64,000 bases of DNA from Azolla caroliniana (taxonomy: Eukaryota > Plantae > Polypodiophyta). This document shows positions 46,045 to 59,556 of this stretch, in pieces. Within the stretch, counting starts at the first letter, position 1; each line of letters starts with the position of its first letter. The notes below the pieces were generated by a model, which worked only from the letters and a program-made list of their open reading frames with translations, was not told where the DNA came from and ran no database searches. A program made the position numbers and the translations under genes. The stretch is from positions 7,378,001 through 7,442,000 of the forward strand of contig JBHGNT010000002.1 in NCBI GenBank assembly GCA_043228905.1. The letters run 5' to 3'.

Positions 46045-48044
46045 AGTATGAGATGTTATTTAGCAAAACCAGTTTATCTTGATGCAATTTTCAAGGAAGG
46101 CCCCCTTATTTGACAAACAGTCATCATTGAACACAATTCATTGTCACTTGGCTCCTGTTTGTTAGTTCTTTTGCTTTGTTTTAAACCCTAGTGATATGTT
46201 TCACATCACACTAAACGTCTACAAGGGTAGCTTTCATGATAGTACTTGTGTCTGCAAACCATTGTTTGCCTTCATGGCTGTGGAGATGTTGGTGCAAGGT
46301 GCCAAAAGTGTTGGACACTCTTTTGATTTACTAGTATGCATGATTTTTGCTTTTATTGATTGATTTTAGCATTGGAAGGGGTGGATTTAAGGGATTTGTA
46401 AGTTGTTTTGCGTGATCATTTATAAACACTATATGAAAAGGGGGATTTGAGGGTGTAGAAGTATTTGTAAAAGGTCTTTGAGAAATGTGGGAGAACAGGG
46501 GGGTGGTTTAGGGGATTTGTGTCCACCATCTTTCATAAGGTCTCTATTAGTGTTCATTAGTACATGATCTAAATTTTTCTTATTTGTAAACGGTCTTTGA
46601 CAAATGTGGGAGAACAGGGTGGTTTAGGGCATTTGTGAGCGAGTGTCCACCAATCTTTCATAGGGTCTCTATAATTGTTCATTAGTACATGATCTTTCAT
46701 AAGGTCTCTATAGTTTACTTGAGGATAATTTCTTATTGTCTTTGCATGTTCTTCTTTCTGCAGGAAATCTTATATGATCTAAAACATAAAAACAGAGATA
46801 ATGCTTTATTTCCAGAAGTTGGTCTATGGATATCTACCACAAACACTATTTCATTCGAGTACATGTCAACCATTTGACATCTCTGTTTCTAATCCACGTT
46901 ATGTTAGGATGTCTGGTGTGGCTATTAATTCTTTTCGCAGGAGACAGATAAATTGAGTTTTTTTGCATGGTTTTGTGTTGAGTATGTGATACAACATCCA
47001 AACTTGAGGATGTAAAGTCAGGATGGGTCACTTGAGCAGAGTTTTTTACAATTATGTTATATATAGTCTCTATGTATACAAGAGAGAGAGAGAGAGATCA
47101 CTAGTTATCCGACAAAGAAACGAATGATGCATAAACAGAACAGTATTGTTCAATCAATACTCAGATAAACTTAACTGATCATTAAGGGCAATACAATATC
47201 TTAGGTTTTACTTGGACTCGAGGATAGGTCTGCTGGGGGTTATGATTATTTGACCTTTATTTCATTGCTTAGGATAGTAAATGGCACTGAGCAGTCAAAG
47301 AATGTCTCGTTGAAATTGCTGGAAGGGATGTAATATTCTGTTTTTTGTTTATCTATGGAGTGAGAACATCTGTATTTGCATGCTTGTTCTCTTATGACAA
47401 TGGTTTGTACATGGAAATATATGAATAGAAAACTCTTCAAATGCCTATCATTCAAGCAATAAATGCAACATTGGATATTACCTTGAAGTGGAAACATGCA
47501 CGTTTATTTCTATAATGGAAACAAAATATATGATTGTCTGGTCACAAATGTGTGAACTTCATTAGTCTTGCATTGTCTGTTCATCATCAAGGTGTTCAAG
47601 GGTTAGGTTATTAACATATGACTTACAATATATATGTGCCCCATGTCAAAACATGGTCATCTGTTTTTGTGATGGTTTGTTTAACATAGTAAATGATTTC
47701 CTATTCATAAATGTGTGAACTCGATCATTTGAGTACTGTGCTATTATCATCAAGGTTTTAAACGGTTATGGACCATGGTATTGACATGTTGCAATTGGTA
47801 TATGCTAATTCTTATGTCGAACTCTTCACACATACCATGTTGAAACATGGATTTTTGTTTCTGTAACTTTACCATGGTATATAATTCATTTACCGAGTAA
47901 TAAAGGCTGGGAACTTGAATTTTCTAGTATTGTGCACTCATCATCAGTGAATTTTCTAGTATTGAATTTCCACACCCGGTCCTCAGACATGGTCGGATCA
48001 GCTGAGCATCAATCAATCAGTTTTACCTCCTTATTACATATACT

Positions 48045-49496
48045 TTAGGTCAGGGAGATTAGGCGATTTAGGTTCATGGGCACAATCTCACTAGCATCTC
48101 CATAGAAGATCGCATCAGCCAGAATGCGGTTGACTGCTTGTGTCGGGTGATAAGCATCCCAGAAAACATGTGTCTCTCTGTTGTCACAAAGCTCCAATGG
48201 GGAGATGATGGGAAGGCATGTGAGCATTCCCTTGTATTTGCCCAGACCACAACACCCTGACTTGCTCTCCTTGAACCCATATTCTCCCGGTTTATCGAGG
48301 ATGTCGTAAACCTTCTCATAGATCTTGGCATATAGAAAGGTCGCACCTTGGAATCGAGGGTCTCTGTTCAGCGCATCGACAAGGTGAAGGACCTCGAGAT
48401 TGAAACTCTGGATGAGACCATTGATTTGGCCTGCACATTGCCCATCCTTGCTCTTGCTCAATACTTTGGGAATGCAGCCCAACGGACCGACTCCTGCAAT
48501 GAGAAACCTCCTTGCGCCGAGCCGGTACAGATCGGCGAGCTGGTTATGGAATGTCTGTGCCACAAGAGCCTCGAAATCCTGTGGGTTATGGAACCTATGG
48601 AAGGTATTCGTGTGTTCGGAGCTCAGATTCTCCTCGTGTAGCAGATAATTGTCCAGGTAGTCATTGCTCCCGAAGACGATCCCAAACAGGGACTTAGCAA
48701 GGTAGTCTGCGAAGATCGTGCCTGCAGATCGCACGGAGAATTCCAATTCCTGCAGAGTTTGATGGAAGTTATGGATCTGACGATCGAACGGGAGCCGGGC
48801 CATGAAGCTGGCGCCGGAAGACTCCAAGATACCTGCAGCACCAGAGGCATAGTTGACTCCTTTGGAGATTCCATGGGGACTCATGTTGATATGAGTCAAG
48901 GGATTAAGATATGGCGGGATGAAAGGAAGGCCCAGCCCTTCGGCTATGAAATCTGCGACAGTCCGCCCGTTGCAGAACCTCCCGGTGGTTCCCAAGGGGA
49001 AGTCGATGCCGTAAGGGAAGTAATCAGCCCTGGCGAGGGAGAAGAGGAAGTTGTTGTTCCCACTGTCGACCAGAGAATCCCCGAACACGAAGAATGCAGG
49101 AATTTGATGGGGCTTAGGTTGCGGATGGGATTGCATGTGTTGGTATCCCCTGATTAGGGTTTCATGCAGCCGCACATGATTAGGGTTTCTGAGAGGAGAG
49201 GAAATGTCGCCAGTGGTGTCCTGCTGCTGCGCCATCGCTTGGATCTCATCAGCTGCAGAGCTTGATAGGCTGTTATTAGCATGGCTATGATCATAAGCCG
49301 CATTGTTAGGCTCGCCGTCCACAGGCAGGAAGGGTAAGACGAGCATGGTGATGAAAATGGTGATGGAGAGTGCACGCAGATCGACTAACAAGCGGCTGCT
49401 GGCTCCTCCGATTAGGGTTTGTCTGGTCTCATCGACATTGGAGGCGAGCTTCCTGTGGTGGGGCTGAAGCCATAGCATATGAATATGCATATGCAT
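48045..49496 (-). CDS. GDSL esterase/lipase, single exon
   Basis: FVFGDSLVDSGNNN, TGRFCNG, GVNYASGAAG, GSND, FWDAYHPT; hydrophobic N-terminal segment; exact start uncertain. Confidence 0.93.
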   Translation of the reverse strand: MHMHIHMLWLQPHHRKLASNVDETRQTLIGGASSRLLVDLRALSITIFITMLVLPFLPVDGEPNNAAYDHSHANNSLSSSAADEIQAMAQQQDTTGDISSPLRNPNHVRLHETLIRGYQHMQSHPQPKPHQIPAFFVFGDSLVDSGNNNFLFSLARADYFPYGIDFPLGTTGRFCNGRTVADFIAEGLGLPFIPPYLNPLTHINMSPHGISKGVNYASGAAGILESSGASFMARLPFDRQIHNFHQTLQELEFSVRSAGTIFADYLAKSLFGIVFGSNDYLDNYLLHEENLSSEHTNTFHRFHNPQDFEALVAQTFHNQLADLYRLGARRFLIAGVGPLGCIPKVLSKSKDGQCAGQINGLIQSFNLEVLHLVDALNRDPRFQGATFLYAKIYEKVYDILDKPGEYGFKESKSGCCGLGKYKGMLTCLPIISPLELCDNRETHVFWDAYHPTQAVNRILADAIFYGDASEIVPMNLNRLISLT

Positions 49497-50447
49497 TGGA
49501 TGGATATGGAAGCAATCGATGGGATGGGTTGGCTATGTCGATTTTCTCAGAAAAAGAGGGAGCGATTCGTTGGCAGAAGCGTTTTCATGATTTCTCTGAT
49601 AGATAGCTGGAGGTGCCTGCAATAACGATGAGACTCATGATACCTCTGACCCCCCCCCCTTCCCAAAACGGGGAAGAAAAGCCCAAAAAAGCACAGCAGC
49701 CCTTCCCTAAACGGGGAAGAAAAGCGGAAAAAGCAAGCTTTGCCGAAGGCGGGGGAAGAAAGCAAAACGCAATCCCTCCCAAAACGGGGAAATAAAGCAA
49801 AACGCAAAACGCAAAACGCAAAGCCCATGTATTATGCATTGATGGAGGAGCATAACATTTTGCTTGCATGCATCCATGCATGCTCATCATCATCGACACA
49901 CCATCTTCTTCTTTTCTGCTTCATTGCCCTGCAATGCATGGCCATTGGCCATTGGCCCATGCCTCATGCCACACTGCCCACACACACAGATGGGACATGG
50001 AAAATTATGGGGATTGGCAAAGATCTTCCTTGAGAGGAGAGCTTCAAACATTTTAGGTGCAGTAAATGAAAATGGTGCGAACGTGGGGAGTAGTAGGAGG
50101 GGTGGAGGGGTCGTAATTTCTCTGCAGAATTACTGATAATATGATCATGATTATAAATTATCACTACTTCATTCATTCCATAGTATAATAATCATAATTA
50201 AATTAACTAATTACGACGCATCGTGCACAATCTCTCTCACTCACTCTCTTCCGTGTCTGTATGAATCTGCAGAGCTGCAGCAATTACTGCGACTGTCCAT
50301 CATTACCATTCACTTCACATTTATATATACATCACATCCATACATCTATATATATATATATAATTGATTTTGTGTGCACTAAAATTTAAGACTTTGAAGT
50401 ATGTATGTATGTACTCAAATCAATCAATCAATACACTTGTGAGTACT

Positions 50448-50478
<31 letters not shown>

Positions 50479-53400
50479 CTCCCTTTATCTGCTTCATAAA
50501 TTAATGTTTTGCAGAAACAAATGAAAGAAAAGACACCCGTGTGCCCTCGGGCTTCACATCATACACACACAGTGCCCCCCTGCTCTGTTTTTTTTTTGTC
50601 TGTGTCTCTCATGTTCCCCTCCACAATCATGGTAATGATGCTCCTTCCTTCTGCACATCCCCCATTCATTATTATTTTCACCCATCCTATGATCTATCCA
50701 TGCATGTATACACAGCTTTTTTTATCTCATAAACCAAAAAGCAAAAAGCAAAAAAATTACTGCCTTCCATCGCTCGCACATACACACACACACACACAAA
50801 TACTACCAAAAAGAAAAAATAACTATAATATTACGTCTTCTTCCGTTTTTTCCACTCACTCCTTGCCCATCCATCCACCATGGCTGCTTGTCAAAAAACC
50901 TGCACTGATTTCCTTCCATATTCACTCTTCACATCCAGGAAACCAACATACTCCAATCCCTATCTACATTTGGAGGTACCGACCAACCAATGATGGATGT
51001 GTCGCACCTCGAAATCGTTCAATTCGCTTGTTTGTTTTGTAGCCACTTCGACATATGGTGACTAGCAAGTAACCATGGGCCGCCAATGGCATTAAGAAGC
51101 AATCACACATTCTTGGCATCATTCGTTGTTTGTCTTTGGGATTGTTCGATTTGGGCTAGGGGTGTAAGCCTCTACCCAAGAATTTATTTGTATGCAATAT
51201 TGGCTAGAGATACAAGTAGTCTAATCCACATGAAGGTAGTCAACGGTACACAACTCTCCTTTCAAATCAAGACATTAAAAATCTCTTAGGAAATGTTATT
51301 GGGAATCAAAATCAAGCCTATAGATACCCCGATTAGCTTCTGAGTATACTTTATTGGCCACTTCCACGATCGGATTTCTGAAGATGTATATATCTATTCC
51401 TGTAGTTTTATAGACTTCCCAATCTCAACATGAACGAATAAATCCATGGAGTCTCAAGACTATGCGAGACATTGATGCATCTCTTTTTTTGAAAAGGTGA
51501 TCTTTTTTAAAACCTTTGTCATGTGTAGTGGAACTACATGTTTTCTCATTCTCTCCAAAGTTATGGAATCAAGTCGTGTCAAATGAATCCCGAAATTCCC
51601 CATATCTATATACACACACACACACATATGTATTTACGAGTCTTGCTGGTATTCATTACAATTACAAGCCTAGGATGCATTCATTTACAAATGTTGGTTT
51701 CACATATGAAACTGTTGTCATAGTAGGGGGCTACATCAACATCCAATTAAAATTCACCTTTTTAAGAAAGAAATCATTGTTCGATGGTATTCAATATTTT
51801 GAGCCTCCATATGCCACTATATGATATAAAATGTTTGCATTGAACACACGAAGACGATAGTTTGTTGTTAACCTAAAACGAAAAATTGTGCTCCCTATTT
51901 TGATCAACCTAGAATTTCTCATTTGTCATTTTGATAAGTCCACCAGAAACAAGAAGGATTAACAACAAACCATATCTTTCCCATATTTATACATATTCCT
52001 AATTATAAAATTGAATGGCTAATCTATTGGTTCATTCTCTCCTTTGATTGTTTACCAAACCATGAACATTTTGTGCGAAAGGCTAAAATAAAATAAAATT
52101 TTCGTAAAGTCATTCAAAAGTAAACCCTTAGGACGGCCCAACAACCTTTAAATAAAGACGCCTTGAGAAATTCCCTTTTTGTGGGAATTTTTTGAATATT
52201 TGTTGGTGCATTGTTTTCGTCCTCAATCCAGCTAAGGATATCTAGACATAGTACCATCTTGAACATGTGGACTAGGCCCAATTAGCACTTGATGAATTCA
52301 TGCACATGACTTAGATATAAAGATTAGTGTAGCACGCACATGATTGATTCACTCATGTGAATACATTTGTGTGGGTACCATAGGTAAGTGGCCATGTGTG
52401 TGCACATCTGTGGGACATTCTTATAAGTTGAAATTTCCGAAAGGTACACAAACATGGCACCAAATTTATGTAGACACTTGGCGTTTGAGTTTGAGAGGCA
52501 TGTGTAACGAGGACCGTATCCATGTGATCGTGAAATAAAGTGTCAACTACTTGGGCCTTGATATGTTTAGCTGTATAAAGTGTAGGGTAGTTAGTTGAAG
52601 TTAAATTGCATTTCAGTGTAACACTCTTTGATCTGTCATAATATGATTTGAAATATTTGATTCATGTTCTCATTCTAGTGTTAACAATGCTTGCTTTTAT
52701 ACTTTTTGGCTTGAATTGATTTACTTTTTAGAACATCAATTTTAGGAGATCTTACTTGACCAACTGAAAGAGTGATTTTGTTGTGTGTCTCGGGTGCCAT
52801 TCAAGTGCCATTATGCATGCTTTTATGAAGCATTCAATTGAGGCACACAAAGGCATTGCATGAGCCAATGCCTTTGGCTTTGTACAATGTGGTTTTACTT
52901 TCTATAACGTGACATAATTTGGGAATTTCAGAAAGCTCGCTACTAGAAGAAAGAGAATTAAACTCAAAAGCAAAAAACAAAAAGAGGACTTTACGATTTT
53001 AGGGTATTACATCCCACTTGTTCCTCTTAACAATTTATGACTCATGAAATCTAGGTTGAGAGTTCTCCAAAGTTACAAAAAAGCGTCGTTTGATATCCAA
53101 CAAAAAATTCAATCCAACATAAATCGAAAAGCAAAGAAATTGAAGTTGGAAATGCTCTGTACAGATGGAGTGGTTCAAAAGGTCCAAATTTACATCATGT
53201 AGAGCGGGAAAAGCCGAAATTTTGTTCTTTCATTCATGTTGGGTCAGAGCTGACACAGAAAGTAAAAAAACGATTATGTGCATATTTCGCAAGTCGCTTT
53301 TTAGTCGATGGGGGTAAAGAAAGTTTGTATGTGGGTGGTGTGGACAGAAACAAAACCACGGGTTTTCTTTTCCGATCGAAGCCAAGAAGTTAAAAAAAGG

Positions 53401-53812
53401 AAAAATGGGGTGCATGGATGGTTGGTTCTCTTCTCTTCTAGTAGAGAGAGAGAGAGAGAAGGTTACGTAGAAAATGCAATGCAAGAAAGGTGGCAAAAAG
53501 GACAGAACAGCCTTGTTTTTTCTACGTATAAAAAAGGAGAAAGGTTTACTAACTTTAACTAGTAATGACTTATGTGACTCCTGCTAAAGTTGGGGTGGGT
53601 TGGTTCCGATAAGCTATAGAATCATCATCATGAGTACAAACAACACCACCACCGTGGATTATGAGAGCTAGAGAGAGAGAGAAAGAGAGAGACAGAGGCA
53701 CACACACACACACAAGGCATGCATGCATGCATGGTACTCAAGTAGTGTGCACACGCCCTTCAAGCCATTTAAAGGAAGCGAATCATTCTTGGGTTCGAAT
53801 CCTGCCTGGCCT

Positions 53813-53844
<32 letters not shown>

Positions 53845-54602
53845 CATCTCTCTCTATCCTTATCTCTCTTGATTCATTAAATAGATTATAATTTATAATT
53901 AAAAAGAAAAAAAGCCTCGCGTTTTTGTGTCCATTGTTTTTTTTTCTCTCTCTAGGGGGGGTTGCGTTCACACTGCCAGGGGAGGGGCTGCAGTCGGGAG
54001 AGACTTGACGGGTGAATATCGGAATGCTGATCGGATCTGATTCTCTCTCTCTCTCTCTCTCTCTCTCCTGGTGAATTTCTTTCGTTTTCTGTCTGTCTGT
54101 CTGTCTGTCTCTCTCCCCCAACGCGGGATTAACCATTCTAACACACACACACACACACACACACTGAAGGAAAAGACGAAAGAAAGAGAGAAAAGCAAAT
54201 CAAAAGGGGAAAAAAAGAAGATTAGTGCGTGAGCCGCCAAATTGAATGTGGAATTTAAGGCCGTGAATATTTGGTTTATTTAATTAGGCCCCGGTGGGGT
54301 GGGGTGGGGAGGGACCCCTCGATAATCCCCCACAAAAAGAAAAATGAAAGAAAAAAAATAAATTACACAATGCCGTGAAATTAAAACCAAAAAAAATAAA
54401 AAAACTACCGTTAGTTAACCCACCCTCTCTACTGGGAAGGTTAAAAAAAAAAGAATGAAGAAAAAGCTCCGGCGGGCGGGTGAGAGGGTCCGTCAAGTCA
54501 AGAAGAAAACAGACGGATTGGACTGACGGACGCTTCTATTTTTTTGTTTTTGTTTTACGTCCTCGCTCTCTTCACACTCCTCTTTCTTCTGCTTATACCA
54601 TA

Positions 54603-54990
54603 GTACGTAAAATTCATGTTCGTCTAACATAACATTCTTTTTCTACGCTGAAAAAACGTACGTAAAATTCATGTTCGTCTAACATAACATTCGTTTTTCT
54701 ACGCTGAAAAAACGTACGTAAAATTCATGCTCGTCTAAGATAACATTCGTTTTTCTACGCTGAAAAAACGTACGTAAAATTCATGCTCGTCTAACATAAC
54801 ATTCGTTTTCCTATGCTGAAAAACGTACGTAAAATTCATGTTCGTCTAACATAACATTCGTTTTCTTACGCTGAAAAACATACATAAAATTCATGTTCGT
54901 CTAACATAACATTCGTTTTCTTACGCTGAAAAACATACATAAAATTCATGTTCGTCTAACATAACATTCGTTTTCCTATGCTGAAAAACG
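54603..54990. repeat. Minisatellite, 7 x 55-56 bp
   Basis: Unit TACGTAAAATTCATGTTCGTCTAACATAACATTCGTTTTTCTACGCTGAAAAAACG. Confidence 0.95.
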
Positions 54991-55828
54991 AATGCGAATG
55001 TTATTCAAACATTCTTGTGTTTTTGTTTGTTTTTTCCCCCTTTTTGTAATGTTTCTTTTTCATTTTTTAGCTTAATTACCTCATAATAAAATAATTAACC
55101 CAAAAGTATGGTATTTAAGGCAAACATTCGCGAAATGAGAAATGCACGTATGGTTCATACTATGGAGCCTTATACTATGCATGTATGTATGTATAATACA
55201 CTTCCTTTCCTTTCCCTCTTCCCGCCGGGCTCTCACTCTCTCTTTTTGCCCGGCTTTCCACCTTCGCCTCCTCTCTCTCTCTCTCTCTCTCTCTGTCTTT
55301 CCATTTTTATTTTATTTCTAGTTTTCTCTCGTTTCTCCATATTGTTAATAATAATAATAATATTAATAATAATAATAATATTATTATTATTCATCCCCCC
55401 CACCCTCATATATATTTAATAGCAACTGATCTGTTGCAGTAGTAGCACCACCAACAGGAAGGACCTCTCTCTCTCTCTCTCTTTACCCCTCCTCCTTCGT
55501 ATTCTTCTTCTTCTCTTTCTGCTGCTTCCGAAAGTCCCCGGCCTCCCATTCTGCTCGTTTTGCTTTTAATCCACAGGTAATATATATACTCCTCACACAT
55601 CGCCGCGCACTTCCAACTGCGATCGATATACCACTGCCACTCTTGCGTTTCCTGCATTTCTTCTCCTCCGCCGCTGTGATCGCAGCGGGATAGGACATCT
55701 GAGGCGAACTCGCGTGTTATGATACCAGGCTTCTCGTCACTGTATCTGAGGAAAGCTTGATTTTTGGTTGTTGTTGGCCATCACCAAGAGAACCGCTGTA
55801 TATCTGCATAAATCAGAGATTTTCACAC

Positions 55829-56984
55829 ATGCAGAGCTCAAGTCTTCGTAGTGATTCCCAGTTACTCCAGCAAAGGTGTTTGGCATTCGTAGTTGTCTTG
55901 AGCCTCACCTGTACCGTTTTCTTGGCACCATCTATAGGTAAGTTCCGTCTGTTTCGTTTTACGGTTACTCGAAATTATGGTGGATTGAAGTATTGCATTA
56001 GAACCTTGGCTGTTGCCCTATAGTCAATTCCTGTTCCAATGACTGCCTGCCAATATCGCTTGCTTTATGATTAGAATATCGGACTGCTAGTGAGGATTAT
56101 ATAGCCTGAAATGCTTTGTCTGCTTTCGAACCTGCCTGTGTTCTCCCATTATTAATTTATTGCCTTCGAACGGTGTAATTGTTTGCTGGTTGTTAATTGC
56201 GATGTTTGCATGCGTATGTTTCCTTATTGCCGAAATTGCGGTTTTCAAGAAAGTAAATTTTGAGTTCCGTTATGGTTGAGCAGGTTTCAGAGGATTGATC
56301 GCCCAAAGATTAAGGGGTGTCTGGCAAGATTGGCATAATGTCAATGTAACTGAATTGGCCGCGGAAATTAGCGGAACTTCAAGAACCTCAGATGAATTTC
56401 TTTTATTGCACACTTTCCCATTGATGAAGAGCAGAAAGCTATTAGTGTCCAGTAAGTGAATATAATCATTGTATCTGTGTACAGTATTGTGATGGGTGTG
56501 GTACTCTAGTCTTGCTAATGGCTATCGGTATAGTTGTTGATGAAGTTCCGATTGCATCTTTCCAGGTGCTCCTGCCCCGGCGACGAATGAGAGGACTTCT
56601 GCAGCTGCAGGCGTCGGCAATTTTTCGGCACACATGGAGAGAATTGGTGATGGCGGTTGCAGTATGGATGATATAGCCATCTTTCAAGGTGAAACGGGAC
56701 CTCTTCCTGATGGCATTCCCTCATTCACAGTACAGATCTTTAATCTTTGCCTAGGCGGTTGTGCGATGAGGGATATACATGTGTCTTGTGGTTGGTTCGC
56801 ATCAGCAACACTGGTGAATCCAAAGCTCTTCAAGCGGTTAGGGTATGATGACTGTATTGTTAACAGTGGAAATCCATTGCATGCCGGTGAGAGCCTCACC
56901 TTCCATTATGCCAATTCTTTCCAATATCCTTTCTCCGTCGCCAATGCTGTACATGTCGCCTGCCCTGGAGGTCCCGGACACTGA
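55829..56984 (+). CDS. TPD1: TPD1-like secreted cysteine-rich protein; exons 55829-55937, 56284-56451, 56566-56984
   Basis: Signal-peptide-like exon, RKLL pro-region, GIPSFTVQIFNLC..IHVSCGWFASATLVNPKLFKRLGYDDCIVN..YANSFQYP; splice phases consistent. Family-level call, orthology untested. Confidence 0.88.
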
Positions 56985-57965
56985 TTATATCGTTCAGTTT
57001 GCTGCCTTTTCTGGAATTCTCCGTATTAATCATCTTTGTTATACGGCTTTCTGAAGTTTGATGGAGAGATGAACAAGACATAATCAATTATACAGGTTTT
57101 TTCAGTTGCCTGCCTCACCATAGGTGGCCTGTTTGGCCAGGATTTAAGATTGAAATCTCCATTTATGGTGAGCGGTCTGAAGGATTTTCTGTGATAACTT
57201 TTCATAGCTGCTCCCAGCACAGTATGAGTACATATCTACACCAAAGATGATGAATATCATCATCGCGAGGTTCTTGTGGCGGACTCTAATTTAGAGTCTG
57301 TTTCAATTCTTTTTGTTCGGCAACAAATAATTTATACGTCTGCATCTTGGTCTGCTTTGGCATCATCTGAGTTCAAAGCAAGCTACAGTTAGTTTGTCCT
57401 TGTCAACGTTACCTGGAGTCCTATATATACTGTATCTTCACCTGTGCACTTTCTTTGTGCCCTCACATAATCAAACGGCAAACTGTTTGTAATTACTTGT
57501 GTGTTTCTTCTCACTGCATATGCTCCTCTTACCGAATGGTCTTGTGTCATATCTTTCATGGATTTTGGAGTACCGTTTTAATGGAATTGGAATTAATGGG
57601 AAACCTACATTTCCTTGAATTACATGCCATTCTCAACTAAAGACAGAATTTTGGAAGTGCATAAAAATTGCATTGTTAATTTTGAATGGAGCTGTACAAT
57701 GGTCTGCTATTAACTTGGTGGTCTAGATGTTGCAGTCTGGAAAGTGGTTTTAATTACATTTGTCACGATAAATGATGTAATTACAGCACGAAAAGTGGTT
57801 TGTGGATGGTGGTGGCATGATCTATATACAGCAAAACCACTCTATTTTGGCGACTTGCACCACCCACTTGCAATATATATTTATATGTGCATATCCTTGT
57901 CATTCATGAATTGTATCGTTATCCTTGAAAGCTCTTTTTTTTTTCTCTTCTTGCTGGACATTCAT

Positions 57966-58192
57966 TCACTCGAGTCTTTAATTCCACTATCAATGCGTGA
58001 TATAGATCAACAGTGGTTTTCTGGTAGTATTATCGGTTGTCCAGAAACCACTCTTTTGGGATGTTTTCTCTTTCCCACTTGTAAATCACTGGAGTCGTTA
58101 ATTCCACTAGCAATGCGTGATATAGATAAATAGTGGTATTCTAGCGGTTTTCCAGAAACTACTGTTTTTTATGTTGTGTTCTTCCCACTTGT
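57966..58192. repeat. ~120-bp tandem duplication
   Basis: TCACTsGAGTCkTTAATTCCACTAkCAATGCGTGATATAGAT...TTCCCACTTGT twice. Confidence 0.8.
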
Positions 58193-59524
58193 GTATTATG
58201 GTATAAACTATGTATATCTTGTGTCTTTTTCATGGGTATGATATTTGTATATCTGTCTGTTGTCCTTCCTCTAATTTTTCCTAGTCACTCAAGTCATTCA
58301 TTGCTGTATCAGTGTTTGATAACACGATATCTGTAGTAGGAGACTTTTTATTGGATATATTTCTTGGTATTGATTGACCTTCATAGTGAAAAGTTAATGT
58401 GAACATCATTGTGAATGCTCTCGATTCACTCACTCGTCAATTTTCTTCCATAAGCATATGTAGCGATGAAATGTGTTCACATGGTGATTCTATGGAATGT
58501 AGTTTTTGAGACTAGTAAGTGAATGAGCAGGTTAATGTTTCGGCCCTAGGGAATGTATTTGGCCAATGGCATGTATATTCGTGGTTTGTTCTTCACCTAT
58601 CGGAAATTAACATGGATTGGATTGGTGGAATTGGTAATGGTAGTGGAGGAACAAACTTCTTGCCCTCCTATCGAAGATTTTAGTAGGGATTAGCTATAAT
58701 TCTATCCTAGTTACTGCTTGTATATAGCTTTGAAGGTGTTTGGAGATGCACATATTTTGTGTTGGAGAGAGTTTCAAGATTATAAGACTTGCGTCACATG
58801 TTAGGATTGTTACATATGTTCGTCGAGATGTCTTTGCGGGACATTGTATCAAACTAATGGATTTCGGAATTAAATTTCATCCAATCCCAAAACTTATAGT
58901 GCAGACTTGGAGAATTTGTTTTTCTAGTGCTAGCGAGTCGTACGAAAGAAATGATGATCTTTGTTGACATAGGGCTCCCTAATATTCTCAAAGTACTCAA
59001 TATCAAAAACATATATATGTATGTGTGTGAATATATATGCTTCAAAAAATTGGCCACACCATTTATAAAATGATATGTTTTCAAGGTTCCCTAGGCATCG
59101 ATCGTTGTGGTTTTATATGTTTGGCAAGGAATTCATGGGTATCTTAGGGGGTTTATTCCTTGACTTGATCTCTCATAATGGTGTAAATATCTAAGAGATA
59201 TTGAACCGAACTCCGTGCCGCATATAATCAACCATGGCCCTTAAACGAGTTCCCATTGAGTAAGCGTTCTCCCGTAAAGATGATCTCGATATGGAATTTT
59301 GTGGAAGATAAGGGTACACGACGAGGGAGTTACATCATAAATACATTATAATTCGAGCGTGCCTTTTTCGGGTGGGTGTCATTTTATTTATTTATTGTTT
59401 TTCCAAGGCCACATTAAATAGCTTTTGACGAGGCATTCGTGTTCGTGTTCATGTGTTCGTATGCGTGCGAGAATAAAGCCGAAGAATATGTAGCCAAAAG
59501 TGATTTGACAAAAGAAATGAAGAA

Positions 59525-59556
<32 letters not shown>

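Larger units (their letters stand above)
42620..47850 (+). repeat. Dispersed direct duplication: 42620-43460 repeated, diverged and with indels, at 46713-47850
   Basis: Shared blocks TTTCTGCAGGAAATCTTAT, GACATCTCTGTTTCTAATCCACGTTATG, GGGCAATACAATATCTTAGG, ATACCATGTTGAAACATG. Confidence 0.85.

Noticed and set aside
49500-54240. Short ORFs in the GDSL-TPD1 intergenic region
   Set aside because: Microsatellite and low-complexity translations with no domain signal or exon chain.
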